Positions 1 through 15,200 of a stretch of DNA of 64,000 nucleotides are shown one piece after another. Both the position numbers and the translations under genes were made by a program. Source of the DNA: the human T2T-CHM13v2.0 reference genome, Homo sapiens. Every line of letters begins with the position of its first letter. The stretch's first letter is position 1. The notes under the pieces were generated by a model. The model saw nothing but the letters and a program-made list of their open reading frames with translations, ran no database searches and was not told the DNA's origin. The stretch is taken from the NCBI RefSeq assembly GCF_009914755.1, contig NC_060928.1. One strand, 5' to 3'.

Positions 1-2559
1 GAACAGTGTTTCAATGACACCCCCTTCACTGTGGATAGGTACTTTGAGTCACTGTGTCATGGCTGAGGATGCTCAATCAGATTTCTACATTGTACGACTG
101 CCAATGCTGTTAGAACCAGGAAGAAAGAACAGGAATCAGCTTTTTTATGTCCAGACAGTTTGCCACCTAGTGGTCAAGTTTAGCAAAACTTTCTGGAGTC
201 TATTGTTTGTTAAGACAACTTAACTCTCCTTAGATTGTATTTTTCTTAGCTCTAAACAGGGGACCCAGCTTTGCTTAGCTACTTCCAAAGATTAGGGCAG
301 GGCAGATTTTCATCATAAGTTACTAGACAGAGTTTCTAGGGATGGCAAGAAACGTCTTTGGCTCTCTCTTGAGGAAAGGGCAAAAGTGCATGCCTCAATC
401 AAATGTTGATGCCTTTGGGGCAAGGTATAATGCTCTGTATGCAACAAAACCATGCAGGTACAAACTTCAGAGAGACAATGTAAATAGAAGTAGACAGAAT
501 TAGAATTTGAAAGCTTATGGAGTCATGACTTATCTGCCTTTTGTTTCTCTGGCTTTTAAAAGGGATATTGGAAAATATTTTACTTTTTGGCACTCTATTT
601 TTTTTTATTTTAAAATGCAAATTTCAGCATTTCTCACCAAGTGACAAATGTAAAGTGTTTTAGAATTTTCAGAGGAATATTGTTTTCCTAGACACTGTTT
701 ACCAAAACAGTTTACCTAGACTACAGTTTACCAAAAATTCTGAAATCGAAGTCTGAAGAAGTAGTAGACTTTAATTAAATGACGAAGCAAGAAGGATACC
801 ATTTCTAAGTCTTGTGTAGGTATATGATTTTTTCATTTTCTGCTACAACCAGATTCTGCCACTGAAATATTTATAATATTGAGATTTGGGACCAGGGTGA
901 GATTTTGTTTTAGAGTAGGAATGAACTGAACCACTTATTCTCAGACAAAATGCATGCAGTCAAGAACTCCATGACTATCTGTGAGACAGATGGGAACTCC
1001 TGATGCATACCAGGCGACTGTTCTTCAGCAAAGAAAACAAAAACCCAGGTGCAGAATGTATTGCAACAGTGCAGATGGGTCTTCAAGGGTGTTCACTGTT
1101 TACAAGAAAGAGGAACAGAGCTCTCATCATTGAGTGACCACTCTTCCTGGGGATCTATTTCCCCCAGCTGGCCTCAAGCAGAATATTCCCCCAAAGGCCC
1201 AAGCACCAGCTGTCAATGACCTCTGCCCCTTCAAAGAGAGAGACTGGGTGGCCGCTTTCACCCTGTCAAGATGTGCTAATTACTGGAATGCTGAGAATCA
1301 GAGCCTGCATCCTACAATGGTATTTCTATAGCTTGTCCACCTCCTACACATCTTTCTCCTCTTGTTCTTAAATCTTTTAAATATACAACAGCTTACATCA
1401 ATTTCTCTATAGATTGTTGGCATCTTTTCTATCCAGTTATATGTTCTCAGCTCCCATATTTTATATTTTATATTTTATAAAAGGATCTTGTATACTTTAT
1501 ATTTTGTCAAATTATTTAAAATTTCCCTTTCTTTAGGCAAGGCAATCTTCAATTAAAAATCCCTTCATTTAAGAGCAATTTGGAAAGAGAGAAAAGCCCT
1601 CTTGATATCTACTCTATGCCAGAGGCATGTCCATCCATAGACATGGCTTGATCTAATTATCATCATAAACCTAGAAGAGAACATTATTATTCACAGTTGC
1701 CAGGTATGGAAACTGAGGCTAAGGGAGGCTGATACTCTTTATATATGACTCTGCAATCCTTCCTCTCCCAATTCGTAGTTTACACTGCCTAATTATTCTT
1801 CCTAAAATGTACCTCTGATTATTTCATACTCTAGCATCCTTTTCTTGTCTGGTAAAGGAAGTACAAACTCCTCTGTTGGCCTTTTAAGGTGTAGTCTTTG
1901 TCTGCTCTTCCAACTGTGCCTCAAACTTCTCACTGACACAAAGCTTTTCAGCTATATCCCAGGTTTCTGCCCTTTCTCTAGCAATTCGGTCCTCTCTGAC
2001 CCATCTGTCTTACCCTTTAGTCTTGCCCTTCTCACAGGGATATCTTAGCATATTCCGCAGATCAGCACATAGATCATCTTCCTCACGAAACCTTTCTTCC
2101 ACCTTTAATATGTGTGAAAACTATTATAATTTTTGCATTGAACTTTTAACTCTTAACACTGTTCATTAAAGATAATATTGAACAATCTAGGCTCACACTG
2201 AAAATCATCATCAAAATGCAATATAATAATTATCTTCATGGGACACTGTACTAGACATCATGTAAGAAAAATTCAAGAAAAGTGACGGAACTTCTGAATT
2301 CTTCAGAGTAGTGTCAAAAGATAGAGAGAAAAAAAGAACTGAGCCAGATAAAATATCATAAAGTACAGAGATTGTAATATGAAATTGAGTTTCTAAGTAA
2401 AATTTTATTGTCATTTGTTTTATTTTATTTAAAAGCATAAAAATCAAAGGTTTTCAGATGCAAATATTCTATAGGGATGGCTGAAGTAAGGAAAATATAT
2501 ACTGCATCCCTACAATTGGCAAAATCCTACTTATTATCTCATTTCATACATAAGCAAAG

Positions 2560-2756
2560 AGGTAATAAATGTTTAATAACAATCTCTGAAAAGAAAAAAA
2601 ACCCTGATTTGAAGTCTTTGCCAATTTCTGTAGTGTAAATATTTTCACTACTAATATTTCTATTTAAAGCTACGAATGTGGCATCTCTGATCATGGAGTT
2701 AGAAGAGATGTTCACACCTGCCTCTCACACTCTGGTACAACGTCCCTCAAGCACAC
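2560..2756. mobile_element. MER63-like hAT-Blackjack DNA transposon relic
   Basis: Resembles remembered MER63 consensus (aaatgtttaa..ccctgatttg..ccaatttctgtagtgtaaata..ggagttagaagagatg). Confidence 0.6.
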
Positions 2757-3486
2757 TTCTATAAAAACTAATTATTTTCCCTATTAAGCAGATTAAGGAA
2801 GTGAGAATCAGAGACGTTTTATAACTTGCACAAGATCACACAGTCAATATACAGAAAAGAGGTGATTTTAGTCTGCTGTGTAAGATTACAGATTCCACTC
2901 TTTTTGGCTAGAGCGCACGCCTGATCTCTATCAGCAAGTTACTGAATTAAGCAAATTGAACATAGACATCCCTCAATACCCTCTTGTTTCTACCAGGAGT
3001 AGAGAAACAGAACAACAAGGAATAATCACATAGTGGACAGGGCCTCAATAAAAGACTTCAATGGGGAAGAAATCTCTAGTAGCATAGAGTGTTGATTCTC
3101 AGGAACATAAAACAAAAGATGAGCATAAATTGAGCTTTTGCCTTTTCTCATGAGCTTCCTCTATTTACCTAAGCCTCTTACTTTTATAGAAACCCATTAC
3201 TTTCTGTTGGCTCTTAACCTAGCCACACAATGAATTTCTCCTTATAGTCAGTATTTTTCCTCCCTCTCTCCCTATTTCCTTTCCTTCCTTTTTTCTACAT
3301 TCGTTTTTTCCTTCTTCCCTTTCCTTTTTTCTTGTTTCTTTCTGCTGATACCATTTTATTGTTGTTCTTTAATTATCAAGGGTCAGAAATACATATACTA
3401 TTTCCCAATGTTACACACCCAACATAACTCATCCGGAATTGTCAGGAAGGTAGTTAGCTCCAATAGAATATTAAAAAGTGGTCACA

Positions 3487-3626
3487 GGTCAGGCATGGTG
3501 GCTCATGCCTGTAATCCCAGTGTTTTAGGAGCCCAACACCAACACAGGAAGATTGCTTGAGGCCGAGAGTTTGAGACCAGCCTGGGCAATGTAAAAAGAC
3601 ACTGTCTTGACAAAAAGAAAAAAAAA
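3487..3626 (+). mobile_element. Free left Alu monomer (FLAM-like)
   Basis: ggtcaggcatggtggctcatgcctgtaatcccag...gagaccagcctgggcaa, A tail. TSD aaaaagtggtcaca / aaaaagtgatcaca. Confidence 0.9.
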
Positions 3627-4510
3627 GTGATCACAGAATCAGGGTCTACTAATTAAGTACATAAATATGTATTGTGAGGGTCAAATAGATTTATCCAGAG
3701 GAATATAAAACACTCCTATTAAAAGTTTGGAATGCAAAATTAACTTCTGGGATAAAAAGCTGAATTTTGGTTTTCTCTGTGTACAAACCAAGGTTAAAGT
3801 GTAAATGTTTCTGCACATAACTCAGATTCCAATATCATACAGAGGAAGAAGAATAAGTACTATAAAGAGTGGACAAAGTACACTTCCTCTTATTCCCATA
3901 ATAAGCTTGCCCAATACATTGTTAAAAATGAAATTAATTTCTAACTTAGCCTTTATAATAAGAAGGATCAAGACCAATTCTATGGTAGTTGACATTGCAT
4001 ATCAAGTAAAATATAAAACAACTCATGACGAAAAGAGCTGCTCCAGTTAAAATAAATGAGGGTTTTAAAAAGTCACATACTCAAGAGTCACTTTGTAGCC
4101 CTTAGTTTTTTTGTCTAAAGTATTCCCAGGAGCAGATTGGTCCTTCTCCCACCCACCAGCACCCTCTCTCATCCCCCATTTTTCAAGTCATTTGTCAGCA
4201 CACAGCGGTATCCAAGGTGCCTGGACTCTGTCAGGTTTTCATCTGGAAAGCAAAGCAAAGCCGTCTGAAGCCACTCACACATTGATCTCCTACCAGTGAA
4301 CAGAATCCAACTTACATGAAACCTGCCACTCCTGAACCATGCTTACAATAGAGCACTCTGAGCAGCTGTGACCCCTCTATCTAGAGCACCATGTCAAAAA
4401 TGCATAAAAGGAGTAACAGAAGAGAGAAGAAACAGAAATGGAGACCAGTTCATGAGCACCTCCAGGACTCAGTTTCTTTATCATTACGTTAGACAAGATC
4501 TGGTTCAGAT

Positions 4511-6451
<1,941 letters not shown>

Positions 6452-7682
6452 TCATTTTCAGCTCAAAACCTCTGTAACATAAATAAGCATCACAAGGCTG
6501 TGGTTTTCATTTTTAAAAGCTGCGTAAGATTCAGGGATTCAATAAAGAGAAGTATTTTAACTTTTCGGTAATTCGTCCCAGCCAGAAAAGAAGTGTGATG
6601 TATCAGTGTGTGCTTTGGAACTTTGCTTGGGCACCTTAGAAATTTTCTGAAACAAATAATATATGAAAAAGATCTCAAAAAAAATGCTACCAGTTTATGT
6701 GGCAGAAAAGGGACTTGCTGTCTATTTAGCACCCACTGTGGGTTAAGTGCTTTGAAGAAATTCCCAGAAAAGCTTCTGAAGCCTGCAGTCTCCTGGAGGA
6801 GTCATTATCTTCTATGGTCCAGTCGTGAATATTCATAGTTGTGAGCATTTTAGTAAGTGTTTCATTTCTCTTTTAAATGAATAGGCTCAGAGAGCCTACC
6901 ACACTTTGATTAAATAATAACAGTAACTGCCACACAAAAACTGTGTTCAGCACTTTTCCTACAGTATGTTTTTTGATACTCATCAGAGCATCATATTCCC
7001 ATCTTAAAAGGTGAGAAAAGTGAAGTTCAGAAATGTTGAGTCATTCACCCAAAATCATCCAGACTTTAGAAAGAGGCAGAGTTTGGTTTCAAAGGTAACT
7101 GATTATAATCCCAAAATATACAATCCCAAATGCTATAAACCTGAATGCTGAAATCCCAAATATGAAAATTTGGATCTAAAGTCTAAAATCCTGAAAATAT
7201 AATTCTAGAAAAAATAATTTAAAAATTATTTTAAAGACATTCATTTACATTTTTAATGAGGATATATTTGAGAAACATGTAAAAACACAACAGGACATTT
7301 CATAGGACAATTTACACAATAAAATATGCAATACATATTTTGCAAGCATAAACACTCAAGTACACTAACGACACTCACATGGGCAGAACAATGATGAGCA
7401 GATGAGCCATACTCATAATGAAATAATAAGTCACAAAGCTAAATATATAAACACATACCACTATGATTGATAATCGTGTGACCCCAGCTTCATAACTGCA
7501 GTCACTTGAAATACCTCCATGGACAACTTGTCTTTTGACAAGATTGGTCAAAAACTACAATGGATCACCACTGCGTATGCAGTTTCCCAAACAGCTGAGA
7601 GCTCAAGAAATTCTATCTTTCATGAATGCAGATGTACAAAAAGGACATTTCTTCATTTATTAAGAAAGTTGCAACATTTTAA

Positions 7683-8452
7683 CGCTGAGAACCAGAGAAG
7701 CTGATGGTTTAACTTAGTCCAAAGCTGAAAGTCCAAAGACCCCCCCAGGGTCGGGGCGGTCATGAAGTCCAAAGGCCAGTGAGCCTGGGGTTCTGGTGTT
7801 CAAGACAGCAGAAGAAAATATGGTCCAGCTCTCAGAGAAAGACAAATTTGCCTTCTGTATTCATTCTCTCTGGGCCCCTGACTGACTGGATGGTGCCAAT
7901 ATTGAGGGCAGATCTTTCCCACCCAGTCCACTCAGACTTCTGTACTAACCTCTTCTGGACACATTGATATAACCTGGCTCTGTGTCCCTACCCAAATCTC
8001 ATCTTGAATTTTAATCCCCATAATCTCCACATGTCTAGGGAGAGAAATGGTTGGAGGTGATTGACGCACGGGGGCAGTTTCCCCCATGCTGTTCTCGTGA
8101 TAGTGAGTGAGTTCTCCTAAGATCCAATGGTTTGATAAGGGGCTCTTCCCCCTTTGCTCCTCACACTCTCTCTCCTGCCACCATGTGAAAGGGTCCAAGT
8201 TTGCTTCCCCTTCACCTTCTGCCATGATTGTAAGTTTCCTGAGGCCTCCCCAGCCATGCAAAACTGTGAGTCAATTAAACCTCTTTTTTTAAATAAATTA
8301 CCCAGTCCTGAGTATGTCTTTATTAGCAGCATGAGAACAGACTAATACACACACCCTCACAGACACATCTAAAATAATGCTTTATTGGCTCTCTAGTTAC
8401 TCCTTTATCCAGTCAAGTTGACACCTACAATTAAGTTCACACTCCACCCCTT
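7683..8452 (-). mobile_element. MLT2B-like ERVL LTR fragment with adjacent polypurine tract, inside Ricksha and split by a THE1 LTR
   Basis: ccagtcaagttgacacctacaattaagttcaca is the reverse complement of an MLT2 5' end (at 8441). ctccacccctt next to it is a PPT on the minus strand. Confidence 0.75.
7965..8349 (+). mobile_element. Solo THE1/MST MaLR LTR
   Basis: tgatataacctggctctgtgtccctacccaaatctc...agactaataca; 5-bp TSD cacat/cacac. Confidence 0.92.
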
Positions 8453-8907
8453 TTTAAGTTTGCACCCATACGTATCTCCTTAAACCATACTTAATTTCCA
8501 GATGAAGACAATAAGAAAATAATTGTTCTGTCTAACATGATGTACCTATCCTATGATTGTGATGTTCAGGATTTTAGATGTTAGAGATTTTATATTTTAA
8601 AGACTTAGACTTTAGGAATTTTGATATTTTGGGATTTAAACATTCGGGGTTATGGAGCCCAGGATTGTCTACCGAGATTATGATCCAAACCTGTTTCAAA
8701 TCCTGTTCTCTCTAATTATAAAGCCAATTGTCCTCAATATCTCAGTGCAAAGTGTGATCCGAAGACCACCTACATCAGACTCACTTAAGGTGCCTGTGGA
8801 TAATGTTGGCTTCTGGACCCTAGGTCAGACCTTCTAAATCAGCACCTGTGTGTGCATGCGTGGTAGGGAGAACTGGGAGTAGGAATTTAGATTTAAAAAA
8901 AAAATTC

Positions 8908-9217
<310 letters not shown>

Positions 9218-11330
9218 TTATGAATTCAAATTTGAGAACTTCTGCACAATATGTTATATTGCCTTTCTAGATAAAACCTTTAAGAACCTGATATAAACCC
9301 AAAATGCAGATAGAAAGAATTACAACAAGAAATATAGAGACCAAGAACATTGTAATACTCAGGTTGGATGGCCAGTCTGTTCTCTCCCTAGCACATGAGA
9401 AACTAAACTCCCCTCAGAATAGGGCCTGGAGAACAAGTGTGGAGGAGGTGCAAAAAGGTTTAGACTAGTTCAGGAGTCATGTCATCCTGTTTGTCTCCAC
9501 TCCACAATGGGCTTGAATCTGACAAGGGAACCAGTTTGCCCAGCACCCTCAATGTAGGCCACCTCTAAGTCAGCCCTGATAAAGTCTCACTCTTTGTCTC
9601 CCCTGGCCTACCTTAGTCTCGCATTGACACATTTTTAATCAGTCAGGGTCCAATAACATCAATTAGATTATGGTTCTTTTTTCAGCTTCTGAAGAAGCAG
9701 CTCAGATACCTCAATTAGAGTGGGACCCTTTCCTGATTGCCTCCATTAATTACATACCTGCAAACTATTTGCTCAACAGGGAACAGTTTTGTAGAAAATA
9801 TAAATAGCTGGCACTTACATATACCATGTTCTAGATAGTGTTCTAAGAACTTGACTTGTGTTATCTTAATTAATCTTCACCACAGACCTATGAAGAAAAT
9901 ACTGTACGTTGTCTTCATTTTACAAATAGAAACTGAGGCACAAAATGGTTAAGTAAATTTCTGAGGTCCAAACAGCTATAAGCAACAGAGCCTGAATCCG
10001 AACACATACAGCAGAAACCCAGTCCATGCTCTTATCTCCCCGGCTACTTTGCTTCTAAGAATATCTTATATGCTTATTTTTGCTAGTTTTAGTCTTTGAT
10101 GGTGACAAACTTACCTCTACATTCAGGTGGCATTTTAAAGAAAGATTGTAAATCCAACAATTAAATATACAACTGACTCAGCATTACATCCGTCACACAC
10201 ATAGGAGAGTGACCTGAAAAAAAGTAAATTGTCTTTACAATAACTGCTTGTCATGTCTCCATAATCCTAGTACTCACCTTCATTCAGAACTTGTTATAAA
10301 ATTACATAATGCAAATTCTAAACATAAATGTCACTGGGAATATTGAATCAACTGGGTAAAACAGTGGGATATACATATATCACTCCTCACCTCTGGGTTA
10401 CCTCACCCATCCTAATGTTTGTAAGGATATTTTTACTCCTAAATTATTTCAGACTCACCACAACATAAATTATTTGAGACTTCCTATTTTACAATACTAC
10501 TCTTACTGTATTCCTGCTGTTGCTGAAGATAACTTCCAAGTAAGTTAAACTATGTTATACATTTTGTATTGTTTCACTGTCTTTATTCATTTTGAAATTG
10601 ACAAATAAAAACTTTATATATTTATGGTGTACAACATGATGATAAGCTAATTTATACTTTATAATTTGTTTTTAAAATACTCCCTTAAGATTCATGACAT
10701 CAGGAGTTGAGGGTCTGCAGGAATAACAGGCCAGACACAACTTTTGTTTCTACTGTCTTTCTCCTCTTTTGTGTGAAGCCCTGATTTCTACAAAAGCCTA
10801 AAATTTCCACACTGCAAACTCACCAATATTGATGCTGGGTAGAGCAGGACGATATGAATTTTCCAAAGAAGTGATTTAGGAAGATGTAACCTCTGTTGGA
10901 GTTTGGAACTGGACAATGTTTCTTCTTGAAATGTTTGCCTTATTTTTATAAACAAATTAAAAGTGCAAGAATTTCTCTACCCCCAACCTTCCCATTGCTT
11001 TGATTATATGTTTGGTTGCTAAATAGCAACCCAGTCTACAGTATTTCACTTAAAGAAAAACTCCAGCAACTTATCCCAATGGAACAGTCAAAATATACCA
11101 CACTGTTCCATCAAGCCTAGATTAAGGATAATTATAAATAATACAAAGACTATTTTATGCTTCCTCCTCTACCGCAAAGTTAAGCATTCCAGCAGTTCAC
11201 AAATTACCAGAAGATCAAATATTACAACCAAGTCAAAAAAAGATTAAATCATTAAGTTGTAGATGAATGACTAGCTAAATGCCAATACCCTTTGAAAAAG
11301 AATATAAAAACTTCTTTCATTCTAAAGGAA

Positions 11331-11696
11331 TGTCTTAGTTTGTTCAGGTCACTATAGCCAAATATTTTATACTGGGTAATTTATAAATAACAGAAATTTA
11401 TCTCTCATGGTTCTGGAGGCTGGGAAGTCCAAGATCAATGCACCAGTAGATTTTGCATCTGGTGAAGACTCTCTCTCTACTCCACAGATGATGCCTTATT
11501 GCCATGTCCTTACATGGCAGAAGAGGCCAAGGAGCTCCCTTTAACCTCTTTCATAACAATACTGATCCCACTTATGAGGGTGGAGGTCGTATGACTTAGT
11601 CCCTTCCCAAAAAGCCTCAGCTCTTAATACTATCACGTTGAGGATTAAGTTTCAACATATGAATTTTGGAGGGCCACAAATATTCAGGCCATAGCA
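11331..11696 (-). mobile_element. Solo MLT1A-like MaLR LTR
   Basis: tgtcttagtttgttcagg...tattcaggccatagca; TSD aggaa/aggag. Confidence 0.88.
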
Positions 11697-12019
11697 AGGA
11701 GGATTATCAAATATGCATCTTATGCATAAGTTCTATGGTTATCACCTTGAAGGGCATGTATACAATACCAGACCTTCCAAGATTTTCCAGGAAAACTCCG
11801 ATTTCAAACATCCTTCCCTGATGACCCAGTGAAATTATTGAGTGGCTGCTATATGCCATACAGAGCACGTTGCTGTTGGTCAAACTATGTGTCCTAAGTT
11901 TTCCTTTAAAAAATATGGTCAGAGTAGACTTAATTCTTCCACCACCAATGAATTTTCTGAGCATGGCCTTTCAAAATGTATCTGATAGAACATGGGCTTG
12001 AAGGAGTTAATTTCAAGAG

Positions 12020-12235
12020 TTCATGTATCTGAAACCAGGTTGTTTCAATTTTATTAGCTGTGTGATCTAGGAAATATTATTTAACCCCACTGAGCCGTAG
12101 TTTCCCCATCTGCAAAATGAATAATAATAGTGCCTACTACACTGGGTTGTAAAGATAAATTAATATGATAATAAATCTAAAGTTCTTGGAATAGCCCTTA
12201 ACACATACTAAGTTTTCAATAAAAGTTAGCTCATT
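12020..12235 (+). mobile_element. MIR SINE
   Basis: MIR core tagctgtgtgatctagg..tttccccatctgcaaaatgaataataatagt..caataaaagttagct. Confidence 0.75.
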
Positions 12236-15200
12236 ATTTTATCTAAACTATTAATCAATTTAATCAATGACTAGATGAGGCCTATACAGAGATATTGCCA
12301 CTTTACCACAAAAAAAAATGGCTCTGTACAGTAAAAAGAATATTTACTTTTTACCAAAATCATGGACTTGTTGATATAATTTAACCCATTCCTGGGAAAA
12401 TGTTTTCCTTTTTACCTTGCTTTTAATTTGTGATGTAACTACTGTTTTGTATAATAAGTACCTTTACAATGTGAGAAAATATTTTTGTCCGTGTCTTAGC
12501 CAATATTTTATTGCCTTAATAATTCACTCAAGAAAAACCTTGAGGATGGCAACATCATATCGTCCTTGTTATCTGTCTCATGCATATTCAAATGAGTGGA
12601 ACTGCCTATTACACCAGGACCAAATTATTTCAAATATCATATCAAAGACATATTTGTTGCTGTGCTCTTTTCTGATTTGTCTATTATTAAACATTGATAC
12701 ATTATATCAAAAATAAGATATGTTATTGTTGATGTCTGATAAAAGGTTGAAGAATGTTTATGTGGCTTTTCTCAACTTGAGATGGAAAATACTTATATAT
12801 GACTTATTTTTTCATCATTGTACAACCTAAATAGAAAAAATAACATGAAAAAGTATACAAGCAGGAAAATATGAGACCAATAAATAAGAATCCATTAATT
12901 CTTGAAAAAGTAAATGTCACTATAAGCAGTTATGAAGGCCCTGGCTGATTCTTGCAGAAAATCTGTTCTTATGGGTCCACTATAGGAAGGATAGATGAGA
13001 TCACATGTGAGAATCAAAGTAGAGTTAATGCATTAAGGGGGCTGGGAAAAGAAAGGTTAGTTAAGACATCTGTAGAACGACTTTAAACCATACCTCTAAC
13101 ATAAGCACAACCCAGACATGCAGTTAACACTAAGCCTCACTCATGGTAGGAGTTCAAGAAATATTAGAGGATGAATGAATAAATGAATGAGCTTAATCCT
13201 GGACTACAAGAGGATAGAAAATGCAAAACAATTTATGATGTGTGGTGTGTGTTTTTCAGTTTGTTGGTGGAAAAACAATCAGTTAACCTCCTTGAACCTT
13301 GATTTCTTCCCTAGAAAACTGGATTAATAATATTGTAATATAATAGTCCTTTCTACTTCCAAAGTATTATTGTGGCTTGCAAATTGGAATACTCTGAAAT
13401 TTACAAATGATATACAAAATTAAATTGTTTTTATTTTACTTCCTTAAAAACAGTGAAAAGTCTTTGGTATGTCTTCACTGATTTTCTTACTCTCAATCTA
13501 CTTGTACAGACCTAGAGGTGTAGGGATGAGGTTGAAGATAGAGTGGAAAAGAGAAACATGAGCATTAGTATACAAATTACAGTCTTCATCTTTTTCTGTG
13601 ATGGTTCAGAGGGATTGCCTGGAGGTGTGAAGTGAGAGAAAGGAGTCATCATTATTTCTTTCTGTAAGTCAAGTACTGGATAGTTTATATGAAACAAGGT
13701 GTGGTGAGTCTCTGAGGAAAAAGGTGAGAGATAGCAGCCACAATCATAAGTTGAACAACAGTCATCACAGGTTCAAAGTGTGAAAAGCACAAGCGGTCAA
13801 GCCTGGCTATTTTAAGCTTCACTTGCACTCACAGCTGGCAATGTGTTAGAAATGCAGCCCCCTTCTGAAAGCAATGGGTGATGGAGGAGGGAGGGAGGAG
13901 AGATAACAGAAAGGGGAACCAGAATTTCCTGTGTTAAATATTAATTATATGTGGATGGTATTTTTTAAAACATACCCAGGAGTTGCTATTGAAATGCAAA
14001 TGTGTGTTTATTGCCATGAGGGAGATGTTGTAAAAGGAAAAAAAAAAAAATAGACAATACCCAGAGCTGGAAATTGCCCCCTGGGCCAAGGGCAGATGTT
14101 GGGTAAGAACACAAACATGCAGGGAGGACAGGAAGAAGGGAGTAGGAACAAGAAAAAAAAAAAAAGGACCAGAAAGAAGTAGAAAAGGCCACCATGGACA
14201 TCCCGGGAGAGCTGATTAAAAAGTCACAGCTGAGCCAAGCCTTTGTCACAAACCAAGAAAGAATTCTCAGGATTTAATGGGTAGAGTGGTCAACTAGTGA
14301 GAATTGAAAGGCTCTTCTCAACTGAAGTAAAAATGGTAAAAATTGATCTACGCCTCCTTAACAATTGGCAGCATAATGGTAAATGGCAGCAAACGGTAAT
14401 AATTGATCTATGCTTCCTTAAGTTTTCTCAAGAGAAGCAAAAATAGTAAAAATTGGTTTATGCTGCTTTAGCAATATAAAATAACACTGCACCTGATGAG
14501 ATAAGAACCAGATATTCCCTCTCCTTGTAGTGAAAAGTTGGGTTAGAAATAAAGCAGGCTTAGAAAACTCAAGTATGGAGCAGAAAAGTGGTATCACTGG
14601 AAATGCAATAGAAAAGAAAAATCACTGAATTGAGGTAATATTTACTGAAGAGATTTCCCATTAACCTTTCCTACTCACTGAATAATGGCAGAGAAGAAAA
14701 CTGAAGATTTGCTAGCAATGGGCCTGGAGGAAATGAGGAAAAGCCAAATAATCACATGTCCCATTGTTTCATCACTTCAATATGAATAAAAACAACATCT
14801 AGATATGCTTATAGACTACGACAAAATCAATCATCAACAAACCATTGCTATTTCTGGGAAGCTTAATGTATAAAGGCAAAGTGCTAAAGAAACTTAAATA
14901 TGTGTAGATTGGATGGAAAGCAGAGCTAGAACTAAATTAATAGCTTCGTGTCTCCCACAGATACATAGTGCCTTTGTATGTGACTACATGTATGTCTGTA
15001 TGAAGTATCATCGAACTATGTATTTCATTTAGAGATAAAACCAAGTCAAAGGGAATTTAAAATCAGTTTTCTTAATTGATTTGTTCAACCAAAACTTATG
15101 TATAAGTGCTTACTAATGTGCCACATGCAATTTTGTGTCCTAAGGATAAAGCAGTGAGCAAAAATGGACAGAGAGCATAAACTTTTTGGCCAGATCATAG

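Larger units (their letters stand above)
7094..8691. mobile_element. Ricksha (MULE/MuDR non-autonomous DNA transposon) carrying an ERVL/MLT2 fragment, inserted in a MIR
   Basis: Long degenerate terminal inverted repeats built of aatccc/gggatt units (ggtaactgattataatcccaaa ... gattatgatccaaacc). 9-bp TSD ggtttcaaa (7085-7093) / tgtttcaaa (8692-8700). Confidence 0.85.

Noticed and set aside
14312-14475. CRISPR-like repeat-spacer pattern (~30-bp repeats, ~30-bp spacers)
   Set aside because: Only three degenerate copies, partly related spacers, no cas genes, and the DNA is clearly primate.
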